Positions 1 through 12,980 of a stretch of 64,000 nt of DNA are shown in pieces. Positions within the stretch are counted from its first letter, which is position 1. Every line of letters starts with the position of its first letter. Under the pieces are notes generated by a model. It did no database searches and was not told the DNA's origin. It saw nothing but the letters and a program-made list of their open reading frames with translations. Made by a program: the position numbers and the translations under genes. The DNA comes from Octopus vulgaris (taxonomy: Eukaryota), in the NCBI GenBank assembly GCA_951406725.2, contig OX597828.1:40734001-40798000 (forward strand), written 5' to 3'.

Positions 1-8
1 AGTCATAC

Positions 9-159
9 CATGTACGGCAATCCAGTCATTTATATCTTCATTTGGTGGTAAACGGACAACTTCTTTCAGATCAATGCCAGCATTCAGCGAAGCATTGGCC
101 TGTTTGTGAAGTTCATACTTCATGGTGCCAGGTTCAAACCGCTTCTTGGGTCGAAAAGT
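9..159 (-). CDS. MOB3: Internal coding exon of MOB kinase activator 3 (MOB3/Mob3 family)
   Basis: Minus strand reads polypyrimidine ttctttctacttgttttacag|ACTTTTCGA...GTACATG|gtatga. The 151 nt (phase 0 to 1) translate to [50 protein letters not shown], matching the MOB3 N-terminus as I recall it (human MOB3A [31 protein letters not shown]...PPGEDLNDWVAVH). Confidence 0.95.
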
Positions 160-1067
160 CTGTAAAACAAGTAGAAAGAACAAGATCAGTTACTAGATCA
201 ACACTAATCATTTATATAATGCATTTTTATAAATGTATACACATACAAAAGATTATATAGATACATAAAAGTGTGTGTGTGCATGCATGTATATATATAT
301 TTATATACATACACACACACACACACACATTTATTCTGCTAGTATCTTATTTCACTAATTGAATTTTCACAAATGCTCGATCTAGCAGATGCATTATTAG
401 TATAAGCAATCATTAAAATTATAATTTTTTACAGTACATCATATATACACATAATTATATATATTGCTGACATCATAAGACTTTTATAAACTTTTGAGAG
501 AATATGCAGTAACTCTTTTTTGGAATAGTATAACAGTGAAGTACGCACATAAAGCTATAAATAATAGAATGTTTATAAATATCAAAATTAGGTTGAAAAA
601 ACATTTTGGGTAGAAAAATTTGAAGGTAGCCTTGGACTTTTTCTATTGAAGGCTACTTTCAGTTTTTTATATCCAAATCACAATGATATGCTTTCTAAAT
701 ATCATAATGATATGATTACTCTCCTGTGTGAATATGTTTGTAATCAATTAAAATGCTACTTCAAGAGAATGATTTACCATATATATCACAGTGAAATGGC
801 AGAATATTGTTTATAGCTGCATGTGTACGTGAGCTTCAAGATATACTATTCCCCCAAAATTATTTATTTATACACACACACATACAGTGGTTGTGAAAAT
901 TGTGTACAAATAGATGTGCAACTGCTACCGTTACGTCTAGAGCACCAGATTATCTTAATCCAGTCTGCTACTCTAGGGTTCCAAACAACCACAATAGTGA
1001 AGTATGCATAGGAACTATTATATAAACCTGTTTATCCTTATTCCTCACACACACACACACACACAGT

Positions 1068-1277
1068 GTGCAGAAAAGTTCCTGGTTTTAAGGGTATCGC
1101 AAAAGGCTTGGTTGGGGGCCCAACCTTCTGAGTTCTTTTACAGGGCTTAGAAAAACTGAAGGACTGCTGCAATAAGTGTGTGAATCTGAGAGGGGAATAC
1201 ATTGAATAAAATCATGATTTACCTATCCTCTTGCATTTTCTTTTACCTGAAGCCAAGAACTTTCCAGTAACCCCTTA
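1068..1277 (+). mobile_element. Internally deleted mariner element (MITE) keeping the transposase C-terminal remnant
   Basis: Imperfect TIRs gcagaaaagttcctggtttta / tgaagccaagaactttccagt, with a TA tract on the right. 1141-1209 translates QGLEKLKDCCNKCVNLRGEYIE*, typical of the mariner transposase end (GIxKLxxRWxKCxxxxGxYxE). Confidence 0.8.
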
Positions 1278-1637
1278 TATATATCAGGGATTTTATACTT
1301 AGTAAAAGTTGATATTTAGCAGTTCTACCTGACTGGTCATATGGCTGTAATCTCAATACCTGCATTTTACATTTTATGATGCCTTCAATGAAGAAACCCC
1401 TTATTTGTCTAAGCCTATCAAAAGCCTATATCTGAGTTCCATATCACAGCAAGGTAATGATATAATAAATGCAAGACACACCATACACATGTCTTCATAG
1501 ACATACATGGTATCAAAAATTAGGTGTGAATGCCTTTGATCAAATATCTGACTTATAGTCAAGGGCTTTCCAGCCATGACCATTCTGTCTTTTTAAGAAT
1601 ATCTAGGAAATCAAGATGGTAGGGATATAATTTCGAG

Positions 1638-2135
1638 GGGAATTTAGTTGCTCTTTCTAACAGATTAAGAATCATATAAAGTCTACTTTGTTGGTTTGAA
1701 TAAGGAAATTTAGCTGCTATTTCTCACAGATCAATAACTACGTGAAAGCTCCGTTATTGGCTTGATTAAGGGAATTTAGCAGCTATTTCTAACAAATCAA
1801 AAACCATGTAGAAGCTTTTTTGTTGATTTAAGGGTATTTAGCTACTATTTCTCACAGATCAAGAACCATGTAGAGGCTCTGTCGTTTGTTTGATTAAGGG
1901 AATTTAGCTGCTATTTCTCACAGGTAATAATTACGTGAAAGCTCCTTTACTGGCTTGATTAAAGGAATTTAGCTGCTATTTCTAACAAGTCAAAAACCAT
2001 GTAGAGGCTCTTTTGTTGGTTTAAGGGAATTTAGCTGCTATTTCTCAGAGGTCAAGAACCATGAAGGGGTGCCCCTTTATTGACTTGACTGAGGGCATTT
2101 GGTTGTTCTTTTTAGCAGGTTGAGCAATGATATAG
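1638..2135. repeat. Minisatellite of eight 62-68 bp units with 3-unit (~194 bp) higher-order structure
   Basis: Core gggaatttagctgctatttct recurs at 1638, 1704, 1770, 1832, 1898, 1963, 2025 and 2093. Units 2/5 and 3/6 share diagnostic variants. Confidence 0.9.
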
Positions 2136-4814
2136 CAATTTCTCTGATGGTTTTTAATGGTGACATGAAGGCTGATGACTTCAGTAGACACTTGATAGAG
2201 TATGCCATGTTTTCCGATCAAACAGCACCTCAAATAAGGACACTATTTAATGTGACAGATTGCAACAATATGGTCCTTGAGAACACGCACACACACACAC
2301 ACACACACACAGACATCTGTGTTGGTTCTAAGACCATGTTCTCACAACATATTAGTCACATAGTGGGAATATGGTGAGGATGGAGATGATTAATCAGAAA
2401 ATAGGAAATCTTGTCACAGAAACAACACATGACATAGCAAACACTGACCTCAATAGACATTTAAGGGAGCCACCTGGCAGTTACTCCATCTGATAAAAAT
2501 ATTAGTCAAATCCCACTCAAGTCACATCCTACAATCTTTTTAAAAAAAAAAAAAAAGGGTGTGGAGCAAAGACAGATTAATGTACTTGGAGACCCTAAAA
2601 GGACAGGATGGTCAACACAGAAGTTTGCTTGGTTCAGTACTGAGAGGGGGGAGGGGTAAATAACAACAACAACAACAAATACTGATTAACCAGTTTCAGT
2701 TTAATAAAGATAAATCTTTCACGAGATGGAAGAGTAGTTTCATCCCTGACACCAGAAGAGATGGGGAGAGATTGAGAGAGAGAGAGAGAGAGAGAGACAC
2801 ACACACACACAGAGACAGATTTTATACAAAATATACTGAAATTTTTGAACAGTGCTGTTTCAAGAAGAAAAAAATTATTTCCTTGAGACACCAGGTCCTT
2901 TTCTATCAATCCCCCCCCCCCCAAACTTAGTAAATCATAGACTGACTGATATGTAAGATTATTTTTGAAGGGCTTAATTAGAAGAGCAAAAAAAGCAGCA
3001 TCCATGGCCTTTTGTAAAATTTCCAAGCCTGGGAAGAGAAGAAACCATGACTCTGGGGTTTTCCTCTGATGAGAGACTTAGCCTGAAGTTTGCAACACAC
3101 ACACACACACACACAAACACAGCCTTGAGCTTATAGGCCAATGTAGCCAGAATTTAACTGAATTTTCAAGGGGTTTAGACTGAGAGTTCTATATTCATCT
3201 CTGAACAAGCTGCCAGTCTGCTGCAAGGTTAACCCTGTCATCTGCACCCCAGGTGTCCACTGTTGCTAATTTTCACATGAATGTATTGGAGAAGTGTGAG
3301 ATGAAGTACCTTGCTTTTAAGGACACAGCATGTCACGTAACCTGAGAATTACACTCTACAAGCTAATGACTGCGAGTCCAACGACCTAACCACTAAACCA
3401 TGTGCCCTCACTTGCAACAGATGGACTTCACCAAAGACACCCAACAACCAAGTGGTGATGAGGGTGTTAAAGCAACCAATGGATTTACACCACCACACAA
3501 GAATATATATCATCCACCTATCAAGGCTTCTGTACCATTTCCATTTATCTAATTACATTCGCAAGACTTAGGATGACCCAAGGCAATGAGAGAAGAAAAC
3601 TGCTCAAGATAAAGCACAGTGGGAATCGAACTGAGAACCATATTGTGAAGTGATCTTCTTAGCCATGTGACCATATCTACACTGCATGGATAAGAGAAGA
3701 GAAAAAAACAAACAAAAATATCCCTGATGAAAAGAAATGGAGATAAGTTTCGAGATACAAGCTGAAATAAGCCGTGAAGAAACAAAAACAAAACAAAAAA
3801 ATGCATTTTCTCACTTTATAGAGAAGACTGAGATGAAAGAAAACAGAGGATTACATAACCAAGCACTCAACAGTTGAAACGGGTACAAAATAACGTTACG
3901 ATATCTCGTTTCTAAACAATTCTATTTTTCAACATCAACAAATGTATAATTTTCAGTAAACACAAGCGAAGGCACGTGTTGCTAGTAAAGGTCAGAATGA
4001 AGTTAAAACACATTCAGAGTTGTCTTCTCTTACTTGCCAGAGAAGTAAAAATAATATTGGGCAGTAAATAATATTGGTTTTTTTTTTGGTTTTTTTCTCC
4101 TTAATTTCCTCATCATACATTTATCACAAGTTAACTTTAACGCTCCATATAACACAGTATCCGTTGTTTATCCCCAGATAGGCCAGATGCAGCAGACCTA
4201 TGATCAAAACTATTCTATCCATGCCCAAACCAGCTAGTTTTCAAAGGTCACATTATTTAATGTATCCCTCTTTTTCTTGAGATGGTAAGATGTGACTTCA
4301 AGAAGATTTGGTTGTCATTTCTAACAAATCTAGATAATACATCATCTGGTTTAAAACACTTTGGTGTCTTCAGTGAAGTCCACTTTGCAACAAACATTCA
4401 GGCCAGATTTTTGGTTTGGGGATACCTTCCTCTAACCAATCATAGAGACCCTATAAAAAGTGCTGTCTGACTTAGGCCTGTCTGACAAAAAAATAAATAA
4501 ATAAAAACAAAATTACATAAAGATTCTATCACTGGCTTGTGAAAAAAAAAAATCACTGTTCAGCTTCTTGTAGGACCAAATTGAGCAGACCCATTAAGGT
4601 ATTCCAGATAAAGCCATTCTATATTTTTCAAAGGCACAGTGAATACAATATACTATTTACAATATGTCCCTTCTTTTCAAAGATTGTATGGCTTGATTTG
4701 AGGGAGATATGGTTTGTATTTCTAACAGGCCAAATGAATGCAGAGGCTCCCCAACAGGCTCATGGAACAGTGTTGAGGAGATGGAGACTGAGTGGTAAAG
4801 AGACAAAACTTAAT

Positions 4815-4996
4815 GTGAGGCATGACTGTGTGGTTAAGAAACTTGCTTTGTAACCACATGGTTTTGAGTTCAGTCCCAACTAAGCATACCTTGGGCAAGT
4901 GGCTTCTATTACAGTCTTGAATTGACCAATGCCTTGTGAGTGAATTTGGTAAATGAAAACTGTGTAGAAGCTTGTTGAATATATGTATGTATGTAT

Positions 4997-5050
<54 letters not shown>

Positions 5051-5415
5051 TCATCATTACCATTGTTTAATGCCCACCTTCCATGCAGGCATGAGCCTGC
5101 ACCAGACTTCTATGTATGTTTGATGTTTAGCACGGTTTTTACAACTGGATGCCCTTCTCAACAACAACAACCCAGCAAAGTGAACTATATATATATATAT
5201 AATGAGTTTCTGCTGGTTTTGATCCCTCCCTTGCCACTGCCTGACAACCAGTGTTGATTTGCTTATGCCCCTGCAACTTAGCAGTTCAGCAAAAATGACA
5301 GATAGGATAAGTACCAGACTTAATAAAGTACTGGGGGTCAATGTAGGTGACTAAAACCCAACAAGGTGGTGCCCCAGCATGGATGCAGATCAATGACCAA
5401 AACAAGTAAAAGTAA
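4815..5415 (+). mobile_element. CORE-type tRNA-derived SINE (family A), interrupted by (TA)n and an inverted fragment of another SINE
   Basis: tRNA-like head gtgtggttaagaa...gagttcagtccca, CORE-like ccttgggcaagt, and the family tail ...cagcatgg...aaacaagtaaaag. Confidence 0.7.
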
Positions 5416-6274
5416 AATCAATTTTTTAAAGACAATAAAATAGTAAAATGACTTTGAAATTGATGAGCCATATTATTGACCACATATTTCTGAGTTCAAT
5501 CCTCACCACAGATATTCTGTGTTTGGCCCTCAGTAAGAGATTTCTTTTTTTTTTTTTGGTCAAATTTTTAGATTCAAGTCAACCATGACCATCCTGTCTT
5601 TTTGTATATCCAAATCTATATTGTCAAGCATGTTTTTACACCTCTCTCTTTTTAAAGAAGGCAGAGTGTGATTTCTGAGAACTTAACTATTATCTCTAGC
5701 AGATTGAAGCTCCTACAAGAGTCTGTCTTGTTTGCTTACATTTCAGACATACAAACACACACACACACACACGAATGTATGCATGTAAGTATAAAATTGT
5801 CTAGCACTCCAAGAATGGAATAAAGATCATATATATTCTCTTCTGAACAGGATTAATGTTAGATTGAACATTGCTATGTTTTCCATGTAAATAATCTTAC
5901 AGTATTTGTAATATTTCTCTTGATGTACTTATCAAAGTAGCTATATGATACAAAGAAAAAAAAAATTAGAATAAGCTCAAAATGTTTTAAATCTTTTTTA
6001 CTTTACATACATTGCTGGAAGTATTACAATTCTGATGAAGTTCTAGATGATAACATCTTTCTTTATCTGTTGACTTGCATTGAGCACAATGATGGATGCA
6101 CTACATTTCACGCTAACCATAAGATTTGCGTGGCATTTTTCCATTGCTATGTCAGTCAAAGCTAATAATACACAACATCACTGCTCTGCACAGGAACATT
6201 ACTGAAGATTGTGCTCTTTCTGCCCTTAATGTGTAAGCTACACTAACAATTCATTGAAGATACTCAGCCATAAT

Positions 6275-6510
6275 ATCTTATTTCTTTATTGCCCACAAGG
6301 GGCTAAACATAAAGGGTACAAACAAGGACAGACAAAGGGATTAAGTCAATTACATCGACCTCAGTGTGTAGCTGGTACTTAATTTATCGACCCCGAAAGG
6401 ATGAAAGGTAAAGTTGGCCTTGGCGGAATTTGAACACAGAATGTAATGACAGATGAAATACCGCTAAGCATTTCGCCCGGCATGCTAACGATTCTGCCAG
6501 CTCACTGCCT
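6275..6510 (-). mobile_element. Nin/Deu-domain-like tRNA-SINE (family B), young copy
   Basis: Near reverse complement of 61325-61560. Contains cctttcatcctttcggggtcgataaattaagtaccag and retains CpGs. Confidence 0.8.
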
Positions 6511-7817
6511 TAGTATCTTGCATGAAGACAACCCAATAAACAACTAGGGCAGTCAAGTAAATCGAATTGTCGACAGCTGCTTAGTTTTATTGAGTATAAG
6601 ATGAAAGGCAAGGCTAACACATGACAGGTTCAATCCCACTGCATGGCACCTTGAGCAAATGTTTTCTACTATAGCCCCAGGACAATCAGTAGTGTGTGAG
6701 TGAATTTGGAAGATGGAAACTGAAAGAAGCCTGTTGTATGTATGAGTGTGTAAGTGGTGTGTGTGGTTCACTGTGAGTCCTTGTCTTGACATCACATGGT
6801 AGTTGTAAACCGGCATCACCATCATACAAGTAATGTCGTTCATTTCCAATCATCTGTGAAAAACATATCTGGCCACAGGAAAATAGTATTACCTTCCTTG
6901 GACACAGGTGTGGGTTGATGACAGGAAGAGCTTCCATACAAAATCTGCCTCAGTGAATTCCATCTGATCCATGCAAAGGGTAGGTGTCTTCCGCTATAGC
7001 CCCGAGCCGACCAAAGCTTTGTGATTGAATTCGGCAGGCGGAAGTTACTGCCGTGTTTGTATATGTGCGTGTAGGTGCTTGTGCCTCTCCGAAAGAGAGA
7101 GAGGGATGTACAGGTCTCTTAAGCATATTTTTCTCTCTGATGTTCTAAAGATTCTGTTAATCTATCATTGAGACAACCGATTAACCAAAACCTATACTGA
7201 ATTCTTCAAATACTTTTCCAAGAAATTTCCAAGCGATTATTTCAGCTCATTTAGTTACATAAAAACTGTGTTTAATATTTCCTATTTGCTTTCTCTGAGA
7301 AGTAATAATTCTTAATTTCTGAAATATATTTATGTTCTTAAGAATTATTTAAGGAGAAGTGGGGAAGAGGCAGACTTCTCAATCTTGGTGGTGGGGTTTG
7401 CATAGTCAATGTTCCAACTGATTTGCCAAGTCTGGTGGTTAGAGGGAAAACGTGAGCAGGTAGGGGATAGCAGTGGGGTTGCAGTTATGCGAAAGAAAAA
7501 TTAGGTAAAGTTTTCAAGTGTGAAATTTGAGAGATAAGAAAGAAAAAAAAAAAAAGAGAGCAAGAAAGACAGATGCACTGAGGGGCTGAGTGTGTGTATG
7601 TGTGGGGGGGATACACAACCAGAGGAAGAAACTTAGAAAAAGGAGTGGTGATGGTAGTAGAGGTAAACAAGTAGGGGAGGGGAAAACAGGCAAAAGACAC
7701 AGTGGGAGGCACATTCAGCTGTCAGCAACTAGCTGCAACATTACACAAATATCCAAATTTGTAGAACCATTCAACTTGATACTGTGGAAAATTACATAAA
7801 AAGGAGAGGGAGAGGGT

Positions 7818-7868
<51 letters not shown>

Positions 7869-8112
7869 AACTGTAATGTTTTATAAACAGAGCTGGTTGT
7901 AACAAATGCTAAAATGATATATTCTAAGAAAGAGAGAAAAAAATATTGCAAAACATTTAGATATTCCATTTGGGCCCTTGATAATTATTTAGATAAGGAA
8001 GGAGGAATGACTTGAACTCAAATGGGCCAACCATGCAACTCAGGCCTGAGAATATTTAACAATCAAGTTCCAGTGTCAATTTCAAGATAAGATGTAGAAA
8101 TGTATATGTGTG

Positions 8113-8165
<53 letters not shown>

Positions 8166-8998
8166 AATAAAGAGATTAGCTTAGCCTACAAGATTAGACT
8201 AATCTTCCAAATCTTTTCTGAAGAGCAATTTATATGGTGAAGCTTTAAAGTCAGCAGCTGCAGCTGTGATTGCTGCTGCCGCCACTATCGTGAGGCCAAC
8301 CAATGAGCCTCTACAGTCACTCAACTTGCTAGAAGTAACAGCTAAATCCCCATATCACAACCTACTGTCTTAGGAAAAATAAATGGACATATTAGATAAT
8401 GTAGTTTTGGAGATCATGTGTGTGTGTTTGGTGCCACAGCCTTAGGGCTGAAACATGTAAAAGTGCATATATATATATATATATATAGCATTTTCTACCT
8501 TGACTTGTTTTTCCATATATATATATATATATACCGGAAGAAAGAAAAAAAACTGGTCGGTCACAGCTGGAACATCTCATTATAGGTCAACTCACACTAG
8601 GCTATCAGTGAGGCTAACAATATCTTCCTTATCACTACACACCACCACTTCCACTACTAGACCTATTTTCCCCTATACTGCATTGGATGGAGTTAATGAA
8701 GCCAGCACTGTCCCAAGAGATCTCTGTTGGTCGGCAGTCCTTCTGTCAAATCCCCAGGGAAGAGCCTAAGTTAACAATGGTGTTTTGTATTTTACTGGAA
8801 TCATTTCAGATCCACAACTGCTTAAAACAAACTCCAGAATGGCTACACAACCAAGAACTGTGCAAACTAAAGATAATAATAATAATTATTATTATTATTC
8901 AATGTCTACTTTTCCATGCTTGCAAGGAATCCCACTTGTTTGCAAGCAAGGTAAACAAGGTATTATATCTTTCCCATGGCCAAACACATTTCTTTTTA

Positions 8999-9218
8999 CC
9001 TTTTAGTATTCAAATTGACCAAATCTAGCCCAAATATTCCACTTGTTTTATGTTCAAACTGACCGGATCCAGCCTATTAAACCTAACCTACAATGTCATT
9101 CTAAAAATAAACAATGACATCACTAAAATCTTGAAGCTACAAGACAATGCATGATTAATTTAAAACTATATGAATAAATAAGCATTACTTTTGATAGAGT
9201 GATCTGAATGCTATAGGG
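8999..9218 (+). mobile_element. piggyBac-type MITE family P1 (~220 bp)
   Basis: Ends ...gaatgctataggg|ttaa. The body matches other copies at ~13015-13210, 15005-15290, 19585-19805, 30600-30820, 44088-44277 and 44491-44709. Confidence 0.65.
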
Positions 9219-10391
9219 TTAAAGAAGATTAGAAACATTGTTTCTATGATGGTTCCAACAATCACATAATATCAAGACAAGGGTACACTCAAACACAGAT
9301 GCATGCACACACAAATATGATGGGCTTCTTTCAGTTTTCATCTACCAAATCAACTCACGAGGCTTTCGTTGGCCCTAGGTTATAGTAGAAAACACTTATT
9401 TAAATGCAGACAAGAAACTGTCGAACAATAAACAATATATCACCATCATCACTACAAGGGGTTAGACTAATTTGCTTTGTTGTTAAACACGGATGCCCTG
9501 CTGAATGCCAAAATTTGTTTGTTGAAGTTTACTCCAATTTGTCTGACTGAACTAAGAGGAATAAAAACAAAACAAAAAAACAAGTTCCTCTTCTTACATT
9601 GATCAGAACAACATCCAATTGCAGAGCCTTCTGCTACAATAAAAAGACCAGCCAAACCATGTACTGTGTGTGGGGGGAGAGAGAAGCAGCAGCGGGGGTA
9701 CATATGTCATCCCCATTTTACATCCACTTTCCCTCCTAGCCTGAGTAGGATAGGCCAAAGAGGTTTCATTTCTTATATGGAATCACTACCCTCCAAGTCA
9801 AGCTGCCTGACAGCATCTTGCGCATGAATTTTATTTCGGTATGGTTTCTGCAGCTGGTTGCCATTCCCAGCATGAACTGCTACACAAGGAACTGAGTGCA
9901 TTTCATCAAAGGTGTCATGTTCTCAACAAGACAAAAGGGACAGAAAGGACCCCTTAACCCCATATTGTATCCACTCGATTACCTATCCCTTTACAGAGCG
10001 TACTATGTGTGCACAAGTAATAGTTAAGCTGCCCTTACACCCAGTAAGACAAAAGGGGCTTTCAACACAGTATGATGTCTACGTTCAGGGCATTGTGACC
10101 AACAGAGAGGGTAAGACAGAGGGTAACTGCAGAGGAAGAACTAAGGTAGGAGGCAGACAGAAGTGAGAGTACAGTGGTGGTGGTGGAGGAGGTGGCTGAC
10201 AAAGTGATTGGTGTGAGGAGGGAGAAACAAGATAGTGCTAGAAAGAGTGATGAAGAGGGGGACAGTGATGATAGGGTGCAACAAAAGAGACAATAATTGC
10301 AGAGTAGTGAAAGTGAGGGCGTGCGATGGTTATTCATAGAATGGGGGATGCTATGAGGGAAGTGCAGGCAGAGGACCAGTAGCTATGATTG

Positions 10392-10429
<38 letters not shown>

Positions 10430-10454
10430 ATCTTTGTATGTGTGTGTGTGTGTG

Positions 10455-10890
10455 TATTCTTTTATTCTTTTACTTGTTTCAGTCATTTGATTGCGGCCAT
10501 GCTGGAGCACCACCTTTAGTTGAGCAAATCAACCCCGGGACTTATTCTTTGTAAGCCTAGTACTTATTCTATTGGTCTCTTTTGCCAAACTGCTAAGTTA
10601 TGAGGACATAAATACACCAACATTGGTTGTCAAGCAATGGTGGACACACACACACATATGGTAGATGAAAACTGAAAGAAGCCTGTCATATGTATGTGTG
10701 TGTGTATCCCCACCATTGCTTGACAACCGATGTTAGTGTGTTTGCGGCCTCGTAACTGAGCAGTTTGGCAAAAGAGGCTGATAGAATAAGTACTAGGCTT
10801 ACAAAGAATAAGCCCTGGGGTCGATTTTTTGACTAAAGGCAGTACTCCAGCATGACAGGCAAAATGACTGAAACAAATAAAAGAATAAAA
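10455..10890. mobile_element. Two family-A SINE tails in inverted orientation
   Basis: 10455-10640 is the reverse complement of ~10715-10890 (cttattctttgtaagcctagtacttattcta versus tagaataagtactaggcttacaaagaataag). Confidence 0.85.
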
Positions 10891-11218
10891 GTGTGTGTGT
10901 GTGTTACGCCTTCACCTTCGAAACGTAGAGTAGATGAAACCATGGCGACTGAAGAATGGGTTTTTTCCTTGTGTTATTTGTCCTGTGCTCTATTTTTTTG
11001 TTGTTAAAGAAAAATGTCTAGTTCCTTGGGTTTGTGTCTATGTTTTCGTTTCTCATTATGTTCGACGTTTTTTTGGTGTCCTGTACTCATATATGCGTGT
11101 ATATATACATGTAGAGGTAGGTACGTACATATATGTATATATATATGCATATGTTTTATTTATTAATATATATATGCATATGTTTTATTTATTAATATAT
11201 ATATGCATATGTTTTATT

Positions 11219-11266
<48 letters not shown>

Positions 11267-11744
11267 AAGCTCCAGTAGCAAAATACATTATTTTGATTGA
11301 AAAAAAAAAATCAATCTCTTTTCTTTTACAGCTTTGCTACTGAAAACATCCTGTGTCAACTACATTCAATTAAATGTTGCAACAACACAGAGTTACAATA
11401 GAACTACCACCACCACCACAACCACCCATACAGTCTGTATCTGCCCTTCATTTTTTAACATAATCAAGAACATGTTTAATATTATAAAATTTAGTGCCCC
11501 ACCTACCTTACAAATTAATGTAAAGAAGATGGTGCAATACCTATAGCTTTTTTTTATTTTAGGACCTCTGAATATGGCTGATGAAATATAGAGAAAACAG
11601 AGTGAGATAAATAACCCTTGCTCTTTCCTGCTCAGAATATCACCCCTCTGGATTTTCATGTCCTGCTAAATTCGGAGGACACTGCACCATCCTCTTCAAA
11701 TTATTGGAGACAGAAGCACTAAAAACAAAAACATGCCAGCTGTA

Positions 11745-12112
11745 CGGGTGCAGTTGTGGCTGTGTGGTTAAGAAGTTTGCTTCCCAATCATGACACCTTG
11801 AACAAATGTCTTCTACTATAGGTCCCACCGGACCAAAGCTTTGTGAGTGGATTTGGTAGACAGAAACTGAAAGAAACCTGTTGTACGTATGTGCATGCAT
11901 GCGTGTGTGAATGTGTCTGTGTTCGTCCCCTGCCAACACTTGACAACCAGTGTTGGTTTGTTTACATTCCAGTAACATAGTAGTTCTGCAAAAGACACTG
12001 ATAAAATAAATACCAGGTTTTACAAAAAAAAACAAAGTAGAGGTTGATTTATTCATCTAACCCCTACAGGTCATTGTTCTAGCATGGCCGCAGTCCAATG
12101 ACTGAAACAAAG
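11745..12112 (+). mobile_element. Family-A tRNA-SINE, near full length
   Basis: Head gtgtggttaagaagtttgcttccca, gaaactgaaagaa, central (TG)n, tail cagcatggccgcagtc-like...actgaaacaa. Confidence 0.8.
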
Positions 12113-12599
12113 ATACACATAATAGCAACTGTGTATGGTTTGTACAAAGAGACTAGTCAATGTTAAGACAATAGAGTGTTTTTAAATTTCAACTTTAAAA
12201 TGCCCAACATTGCATACTCATCACTCTAGCTTTGTTTTATTATTAGAAGTAGCATTTTGAATTTAGAATTTCCTAACTAGAAAATCTCTCTCACAGAGTT
12301 TATCAACCATGAGTTCAAAGCATTGTCAGTGAAATAGCAAGGAAAGGAGCCAGTGCAGTGTATATTATTAACTTTTTTGATACCAAACCATCCAAGACTG
12401 CACCAAGTTATCCGATACCAACTTCCTGCTTAAAGTGATCTAAGCTAAAATCTTCCATCAAACTTTCATGTTATGCTCCAAACACCAGCTTAATAATGAT
12501 AGTTAATTTACTAAATCCTTCATTAATTTGAAAATTAATTGTAAATATGGTAATATATTTTGACTGAAATGTTATAACAAAAGGGTTTTTTTTAATGTT

Positions 12600-12980
12600 A
12601 GTCATGAACATGCTTGCTGTGGGAAGCACAATATTTTAAATCCAGAAATGTAAAAGAGCCTCTTTGGTCATGAATGACCATGGGATTGTACCTAGGAAGT
12701 TTCCCTCCAAGGCACAAGTCCAGGCAAGGTTATTTATGGAAGACCAGCAGCTACCCATGCATACCAGCCTCTCTTCTCCATGCTACCAATGTTACCCAAG
12801 GGAAAGGCAAAGGCCAATACAACTTGGCATCAGTGACATCACAGTTCATTTCTACAGCTGAGAGAACTGGAGCAACGTGAAATAAAGTGTTTTTCTCAAG
12901 ACCACAGCACACAGCCTGGTCCAGCAATCAAGCTCATTATCTCATGATTGTCAGCCTGATGCTCTAACCAATTAGCCATG
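12600..12980 (-). mobile_element. tRNA-derived SINE family C
   Basis: Shares actggagcaacgtgaaataaagtgt..tctcaag and a tRNA-like head with copies at ~3290-3410, 35205-35480, 40545-40750, 42270-42390, 58750-59040 and 61785-62010. Confidence 0.7.

Noticed and set aside
42-260. 72-aa plus-strand ORF
   Set aside because: It is the antisense shadow of the MOB3 exon.
1638-2135. CRISPR-like repeat/spacer appearance (also 60900-61225)
   Set aside because: The 'spacers' are homologous to one another, the context is eukaryotic, and there are no cas genes.
3066-3090. CUGAUGA motifs here and at ~6032 and ~13578
   Set aside because: There is no properly placed stem II-GAAA-NUH or stem I.
11644-11718. 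Minus-strand AG/GT-bounded segment containing ATGs
   Set aside because: The donor is weak, neither ATG is in phase 0 with the MOB3 exon, and there is no similarity to the MOB3 N-terminus.
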